From contig CAXXNF010000002.1 in NCBI GenBank assembly GCA_963666365.2, positions 1,440,001 to 1,504,000 on the forward strand: a DNA stretch of 64,000 nucleotides, in the 5' to 3' direction. The DNA comes from Syntrophales bacterium (lineage in GTDB: Bacteria > Desulfobacterota > Syntrophia > Syntrophales > UBA2210). A model generated the notes under the pieces. The model searched no databases. It was not told where the DNA came from and saw only the letters and a list, made by a program, of their open reading frames with translations. The position numbers and the translations under genes are program-made. Shown piece by piece: positions 58,419 to 64,000 of the stretch (positions within the stretch are counted from its first letter, which is position 1; every line of letters begins with the position of its first letter).

Positions 58419-59298
58419 CGCACTGCAGGACATGCTCAAGGCCTACGATTGCCGCACGGCGGATGACTACCGCCACGCGCTCAATGAAACCGTCCAGGAA
58501 ATCGCTCTATTAGGGCTTTATCGCGGAGGTTTTTTCACCAAAGCGGCCTTCTACGGTGAAACGGCCCTCCGCATTTTCTACGGCCTCGATCGTTTTTCAG
58601 AAGACCTGGATTTTTCGTTGCTGAAAAGCGACCCGTCCTTTGATCTGTCCTCCTTTACACAGGTGTTGCAGGATGAACTGGGCGCTTACGGTCTGGAGAT
58701 GACGGTTCAGAAAAAGATCAAACGCAACGATTCTCCCGTTCAATCGGCCTTCATCAAAGGAGGCACGCAAATGCATCTGCTGACGATCGCATCGGTTCAA
58801 CCGCCCGTGTCCGGCATCAACCCCAAGGAACAACTCCGGATCAAGTGTGAAGTGGATACCGAACCACCAGGCGGCGCAACCTTCGAAATGAAATATCAAC
58901 TGCGCCCGGTGCCTTATTCTGTGCGCCTTTACTCGCCCTCATCGCTTTTCGCCGGGAAAGTCCACGCACTGCTCTGCCGGTCGTGGAAAAGGAGGGTCAA
59001 GGGACGCGACTTTTACGATTATGTCTGGTTTTTGTCCCGATCGATTCCGGTGAGCCTCGCTCATCTGGCGGAGCGGATGAGGCAGACGGGACACCTTTCA
59101 GCCAATGCGGTCCTCAGTGAAGAGGCCCTCAGGGATTGTTTGAGAAAACGCTTTGCAGTCGTTGATTTCGATCAGGTGCGAAAAGACGTGCTGCCCTTCA
59201 TCAAAAATGCCGAGGCCGTCCATCTCTGGTCGGCAGATTTTTTCTCTCGGATTACGGATGAACACCTTCACACCGAAGGGGCCAAAGCCGATGTCTGA
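58408..59298 (+). CDS. AbiEii-family nucleotidyltransferase toxin
   Basis: AFYGETALRIFYGLDRFSEDLDF, LFAGKVHA, RVKGRDFYD; overlaps the antitoxin stop. Confidence 0.9.
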   Translation: MMHSALQDMLKAYDCRTADDYRHALNETVQEIALLGLYRGGFFTKAAFYGETALRIFYGLDRFSEDLDFSLLKSDPSFDLSSFTQVLQDELGAYGLEMTVQKKIKRNDSPVQSAFIKGGTQMHLLTIASVQPPVSGINPKEQLRIKCEVDTEPPGGATFEMKYQLRPVPYSVRLYSPSSLFAGKVHALLCRSWKRRVKGRDFYDYVWFLSRSIPVSLAHLAERMRQTGHLSANAVLSEEALRDCLRKRFAVVDFDQVRKDVLPFIKNAEAVHLWSADFFSRITDEHLHTEGAKADV

Positions 59299-59391
59299 CT
59301 CGGAAAAATTATCCCGTCCGGGATCCCCACCCTTCAAGTTGTTTTGTTCTGCGGCGGACTGGTGCAAGAAGATAAAAATGCACTCACCCTT

Positions 59392-61914
59392 TCACTCCGG
59401 TCTCATTCCCACCAGCTGCTGCAGGATGTAAATCGCCTCTCCCAATCCCTGTGGGCCGCTGCCGCCGTTGCCGCATGGACCGGCGACCGCGAGCAGGGCG
59501 GTGGCCGTGCCTGTCTGGGACGCCCCGTCGGTGACGGTGAGCGTCACATCATAGAATCCCGGCTGCAGATCCGTCAGATCCGGTGTTGCCCCCGTTGCCG
59601 TCCTGTTGTAAGCGGCATTTGTGCGGTGGGTCAGTGTCCACTGATAGGATATGATGTTCCCCTGTGAGGCGCTGCCATCCAGGTGCGCACTGTCGAACAC
59701 CACGAGATCCGGACCCGCATTGGCCGCCGTCTGCAGATGAAAGGCGGCGGTAACCGTCGTGGCCGCATTCAGCGTGACCGTGCACGTTCCCGTCCCTCCA
59801 CAGCCCCCGCCGCTCCAGCCGGAAAAGACGGCGCCGGGGGCGGCAGCCGCCGTGAGGGTTACCGTCGTTCCCGCATCGAAGGAGGCCGTGCAGATGTCAC
59901 CGCAGGCGATCCCTGCCGGCACGCTGGTGACCGTGCCGGCGCCGTCGCCGGATTTGACGATGGTCAGGGTCACCTTTGCGGGAGGGGCCGCCGCCGTCGA
60001 ATAGAGTTCAGCTGTTCCGCCCGGATCTCCTCCCACGATAAGGATGTCATATTCCGGGGAAAGACCGGGCAGGTAGGTGGCGGTATGAAAGAGCCGGGGG
60101 GTGGTCATCTGCGCCGTGGTCACGGTGAAATCGTCCGTCGATAAATCGAGTATCTCCATTGTCGCATTCAACGGGCAGCCTCCGCTGACAAGGAGCCGTC
60201 CGTCCGTGAGCTGCGTCACCTCAGCGCCGAACCGCCCGTGATTGAGGGTCCCGTAGGCCGAGAAGGTTCCCGTCAGGGGGTTGTAAATTTCCGTTGACGT
60301 CAGAACAGTTCCCGGGTTGTTCATTTCCGTAAGGCCGCCGCCGAAGACGATCTGAAAATTGCCGGCCATTGTTCTGGCCGCCGCCATCGATCCCGTGGCG
60401 GAGAATGTGCCCGTCGCGGCATCGTAGATTTCGGCGCCGGCAAGTGCACCGGCGCCATTGCTTCCTCCGGCAAGGAGGACCTTCGTTTCACTCAACGGCG
60501 TCGCCCGGTGGTAGACCCGCCCGGTGACCATGGTCCCTGTGGGGGTGAACACTCCCGATGCCGCGTCATAGAGATCGGCCGTGTTGGTGACACTCACTGT
60601 CGTTTCCGTCATTGCGCTGGCGCCGCCGGCAAAAAGGATCTTCATTCCTTTGGAGATCGGATCCATAATGGCCGTTGCCGTGTACAGCTGCCGGGGCGTG
60701 CTCATCTTTGAGGCCAGCAGCGTAAAGACGCCCGTGGCCGGGTCGTAGAGCTCGGCGCTGTCGATGTTGGTGGAAATGCCGTCCAGGGCATGAAATCCGC
60801 CGGCGACGAGTACCCTTCCGTCGAGCAGCAGAGTCGCCGTATGTCCCATGCGGGGAACATGCATGGATCCCGTCAGTGTAAAGGTCCGTGTCGCCGGATC
60901 GTACAGTTCCGCCGTGGCCGTAGCACCTGCCGGACCTGTCCCGTTGTGGCCGCCTGCAATAAGCACCTTGCCGTTCAGCAATCGTAGGGCCGTGTGGTAC
61001 CCGCCCCGCGGGGTCTGGGTAGCGCCCAGCGGAATGACGGATCGGGGAAGGGGGGGCGCAAGCTGATGAACGGCAAATCCGTTCTTTCCCGATCCGAGAC
61101 TGACGAATGCCATGCGGGGCACGCCCGCTGTGGCATTTGCGGCAGCATTGATAGAGATCTCGCCGCTTCCCGTACCGGCGGCAATGCCGTTGATGGAAAG
61201 CCATTCCACTCCCGGTTGAACCGCGGCGCTCCAGGCGCAGTCTTCAGAAGAGGCTGTAATGTGCAGGGTCGCGTCACCCCCTTCGGGACCGAGATAGACG
61301 CTTATGGGGTTTGCGCTGCCCGCCCTGGCCACCACAAAGGTGCAGTCTTCCGATGCGGCCGCCGGTGCAAATACGATGTCATCTATCGTAAAGTCGCCGA
61401 AATTCTCCTTTGCGATCTCGATTTTGGTAATTGCCGTCGCCGTGGAAGGAAGGGTGATAGAGGCGGCAACGGTACCGCTGAAAGTGGGAAGGGGCCCGAG
61501 CGATACCGGTGTTGAAATCTCGCCGTTCATGGGGTTGGCCAGCGTGGTGCGCACCGGCGTCCCGCTGTCAAGATAGGTAAGGTACACGGCAACCGTGCGC
61601 CATCCATCGTCGGGGGTTCCCGATTTCACCAGCTTCATGGAAAAGGTGTAGGATTTCCCCCCCACGCCGGTGATGCTCAGATTCTGGTAGATGATCGTTC
61701 CCGTGTACCCGCCGGAGGGTGGGTGAAGATTCACCGCGCCGTCCACGAGCGGCCAGGGGGGCGGCTCCGTGGGCACGACCACCCAGCCCAGGATACCCGC
61801 CGAAAAATCCCCGTTGGCAATCAGGTTTTGCGCCCGGAGCTCACGCGATGTCACAGACAACAAAAAACACACGCACACCAGCACCCAAACCGCCTTGGTC
61901 GCATTGCGCACCAT
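59392..61914 (-). CDS. Secreted multidomain surface protein: CBM-like, BACON, Kelch propeller, InlB-B-repeat-like, PKD, dockerin-like tail
   Basis: Signal peptide; NLIANGDF; R..HTAT.L.DG.VL.AGG / AELYDPATG Kelch repeats; GTVTSVPAGIACG...FSGWSGG.C; ANAGPD...YQW; ends EAIYILQQLVGMRPE. Confidence 0.85.
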   Translation of the reverse strand: MVRNATKAVWVLVCVCFLLSVTSRELRAQNLIANGDFSAGILGWVVVPTEPPPWPLVDGAVNLHPPSGGYTGTIIYQNLSITGVGGKSYTFSMKLVKSGTPDDGWRTVAVYLTYLDSGTPVRTTLANPMNGEISTPVSLGPLPTFSGTVAASITLPSTATAITKIEIAKENFGDFTIDDIVFAPAAASEDCTFVVARAGSANPISVYLGPEGGDATLHITASSEDCAWSAAVQPGVEWLSINGIAAGTGSGEISINAAANATAGVPRMAFVSLGSGKNGFAVHQLAPPLPRSVIPLGATQTPRGGYHTALRLLNGKVLIAGGHNGTGPAGATATAELYDPATRTFTLTGSMHVPRMGHTATLLLDGRVLVAGGFHALDGISTNIDSAELYDPATGVFTLLASKMSTPRQLYTATAIMDPISKGMKILFAGGASAMTETTVSVTNTADLYDAASGVFTPTGTMVTGRVYHRATPLSETKVLLAGGSNGAGALAGAEIYDAATGTFSATGSMAAARTMAGNFQIVFGGGLTEMNNPGTVLTSTEIYNPLTGTFSAYGTLNHGRFGAEVTQLTDGRLLVSGGCPLNATMEILDLSTDDFTVTTAQMTTPRLFHTATYLPGLSPEYDILIVGGDPGGTAELYSTAAAPPAKVTLTIVKSGDGAGTVTSVPAGIACGDICTASFDAGTTVTLTAAAAPGAVFSGWSGGGCGGTGTCTVTLNAATTVTAAFHLQTAANAGPDLVVFDSAHLDGSASQGNIISYQWTLTHRTNAAYNRTATGATPDLTDLQPGFYDVTLTVTDGASQTGTATALLAVAGPCGNGGSGPQGLGEAIYILQQLVGMRPE

Positions 61915-62106
61915 AGAGTCCTCCTTGATTCTCACTTCACAAAAAAAAACATCTACCTATATTGACATGGAAAAACGCCGGTTCGGAAGAACCGGCAACA
62001 GATACGGAATGACAATGGCTGAAATTATCTTCGAGACCTTTCCCAAAGTCAAATGCTTTTTATACGAGGCTTTTTTTGGTACTGTGAAATGCATCACATG
62101 CTAATA

Positions 62107-62245
62107 AATAGGGACACTTCCCTCTTTAATCGTTAGGATCGTTAGTAGCGTTATGAACGTTGAGATCGTTATTGTCAAAACGTTCCTAACGTTTCTAACG
62201 TTCTAAACGCTCTCAACGGTTTTTAAAGAGGGAAGTGTCCCTATT
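62107..62245. repeat. REPIN-like element D with internal 9-mer array
   Basis: AATAGGGACACTTCCCTCTT ... AAGAGGGAAGTGTCCCTATT; interior is the reverse-complement homolog of element A. Confidence 0.88.
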
Positions 62246-62246
62246 C

Positions 62247-63065
62247 TCAAGGCCCGTCGATGCCTACGCCTTTGAGCCTGGCCAGAGAGTCGGTCAGAAA
62301 GGCGATGTCCTCCCGTCGGTCGATGATGCTTCCGTGCTGGGGGGCGATCATCGAGGCGCCCACCCCGCCGATCACTTCCATCGCATGGTGCAGCGCCTTT
62401 TCCGAGGGCATGACGTTGCGGTGGAAGGTCAGCAGATCGGTCATGGGGCAGTAGGGCTTCCCGTAGACACAAGGACCGCCGCTGTCGTAGTCGTCACAGG
62501 CGCGGCACTGTTCGTCCAGCCTCAGGAAAAGATCCCACTGCTGCGAGTAGCTCCCAAAAAGGTCGCTGGTGAAGAGCGTCTCCGTCCGGGGATCCCAGGT
62601 AATTAAACTCCCGGCAGTGTGGGCGAAGGGGGTACTGAAAAAGCGCAGTTCCCGGCCGTTGAAAGAAAAGACCATTCCCTGATCGTCCAGGGACCGGAAA
62701 AGCCCCCGCTTTTCCCGCTCCAGATAGAAACTCAAAAAGAAGTTGTTTGCCCGATCGGAGAGGATCGTAAGCGCCTTGTGTGCGCAGAGGTCGACCATGT
62801 TGGCCATGGAGCCGCAGAGATCCGGATCGGCGTGCTGATAGATGAGGGCCACAATCTGCTCCGGCGCGATCCCGGTCTGGAGGATCTTGCGCATGACCAC
62901 AGGGAAATCGGCGCGACTGCCCGCATCGATGAGCACGGCCTTGTCCCCTTCAACGATCAGGTAGGGATTGCAGTGAAAATTGCTGTAGGCATCGTGAAAA
63001 CCCACCCAGTGAATCCCCGGCGCAATCTCCACCGGCCGGTTATAGCGCTTCTGTTCCACTGTCAT
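62247..63065 (-). CDS. ODP-like (oxygen-binding di-iron) MBL-fold sensor
   Basis: CNPYLI, LIDAGS, QHADPDLCGS, PFAHTAGS, LFTSDLFG, FHRNVMPS, IAPQHG; no flavodoxin domain. Confidence 0.8.
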   Translation of the reverse strand: MTVEQKRYNRPVEIAPGIHWVGFHDAYSNFHCNPYLIVEGDKAVLIDAGSRADFPVVMRKILQTGIAPEQIVALIYQHADPDLCGSMANMVDLCAHKALTILSDRANNFFLSFYLEREKRGLFRSLDDQGMVFSFNGRELRFFSTPFAHTAGSLITWDPRTETLFTSDLFGSYSQQWDLFLRLDEQCRACDDYDSGGPCVYGKPYCPMTDLLTFHRNVMPSEKALHHAMEVIGGVGASMIAPQHGSIIDRREDIAFLTDSLARLKGVGIDGP

Positions 63066-63852
63066 GGCGTTCCCCCAGGACAAAATAGGCCTTCATCAGG
63101 CCCCTGTGTTTAAGGGGGATTTCTCCCCGCTCCTCGAAAAAAAACCGTTCACGGGTCAGGACATAGGTCTCGTGCGAGCAGTTCACCCGTCCCGGCGCCC
63201 CGGCGGTCTCGAAACGGGAGGCGATATTGACGCTGTCGCCGAAGATATCGAACTGCATGCGCTCTTCTCCCACCACGCCCGCCATCACCGTGCCCGTATG
63301 GATCCCGATCCGGGATTCGAGTTTCAGATCGCCCCGCGTGCTGAAAGCCTTGAGTTGTTTCTGCATGGCCAGCCCCGCCTGAAGGGCCAGCGAGGGATGA
63401 TCGGGATCGGGCCGCGGGGCGCCAAAAACCGCCATGTAGGCGTCGCCGATGGTCTTGACCTTCGTGCCCCGAAAGCGGTGTATCAGTGTGTCCGCGGCTC
63501 TGACCACCATGTCAAGCATCTCGATCAGCTTTTCGCCCGAGAGCTGCGCTGCCAGTTGGGTAAAGTCGCAGATGTCGGCAAAGAGAATCGTACAGTGGCA
63601 GGCGCGGGGGGCAAAGCTCCCGGACTCCTTGATCTCCTCGGCCACCTCGGCGGGCAGGGTGTTTTTCAGCAGTTCGTCGACCTGCTTTTCCAGGACAACG
63701 TATTGCCGGATCAGCTCTTTGAGAAGACGCTGCTGGATGCCGCTGTCCTGAATGGTGGCAACGGACTGAAAATAGTCCACCAGGACCGACTCCGTCTGTC
63801 CGTTTCTCCGCCGCTCCTCCTGAGGCAGTTCTGTCGATGATTCATTGGGCAC
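63040..63852 (-). CDS. Class III adenylate cyclase (soluble)
   Basis: LLKNTLP, ILFADICDFT, KVKTIGDAYM, FDIFGDSVNIASR; K/D specificity pair indicates ATP; start GTG 63852 (ORF track 63948). Confidence 0.92.
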   Translation of the reverse strand: MPNESSTELPQEERRRNGQTESVLVDYFQSVATIQDSGIQQRLLKELIRQYVVLEKQVDELLKNTLPAEVAEEIKESGSFAPRACHCTILFADICDFTQLAAQLSGEKLIEMLDMVVRAADTLIHRFRGTKVKTIGDAYMAVFGAPRPDPDHPSLALQAGLAMQKQLKAFSTRGDLKLESRIGIHTGTVMAGVVGEERMQFDIFGDSVNIASRFETAGAPGRVNCSHETYVLTRERFFFEERGEIPLKHRGLMKAYFVLGERHDSGTEAL

Positions 63853-64000
63853 TCGGCTATTTCCCTTCCCTTTCTTGACCCTGACGTTCAGTTGTGATTC
63901 TAACCCGTGGTCGCGGGAAACGCAAAGGAAAACAGGACAAATTTTCACAGGGTGTTTCGCAATGGACCGGCCGCAGTACAGTTCTTAGAGCATGGTCCCC

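Overview
A GC-rich bacterial chromosomal window. Gene content and repeat types suggest an anaerobic Desulfobacterota/deltaproteobacterium, possibly Syntrophales-like (inference). From left to right it holds: a flagellar filament locus (two TPR-glycosyltransferases, fliC, a very long fliD, fliS, fliT-like; sigma28 promoters); a mixed metabolic stretch (Tat-signal ThDP enzyme, thiolase, nitrilase, orphan hisF, NUDIX, methyltransferase, MFS, many alpha/beta hydrolases, prfC, mltC); two haloalkane-dehalogenase-like genes coupled to hypA/hypB; a CbbQ/NorQ AAA+ ATPase with a 1470-aa repeat-expanded NorD/CbbO-type VWA partner; a Fur/PerR regulator; a four-gene DUF11 surface-fibre operon; a small secreted saposin-like protein; an AbiE type IV toxin-antitoxin pair; a Kelch surface protein; and an adenylate cyclase plus ODP-like di-iron sensor. 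No rRNA, tRNA, CRISPR array or transposase was recognised. Intergenic DNA carries several repeat families (REPIN-like AATAGGGACACTTCCCTATT pairs, 9-mer and 7-mer arrays, palindromes). The two strongest leads are (1) the DUF11 operon at 45.6-57.2 kb, whose protein termini predict a sortase-independent, donor-strand-complemented, possibly isopeptide-crosslinked pilus (tip, chaperone-like protein, pilin, outer-membrane barrel anchor, the last split by one extra base), and (2) a bacterial protein with the six-cysteine eukaryotic saposin signature. All family calls are by eye from motifs; no database searches were run.
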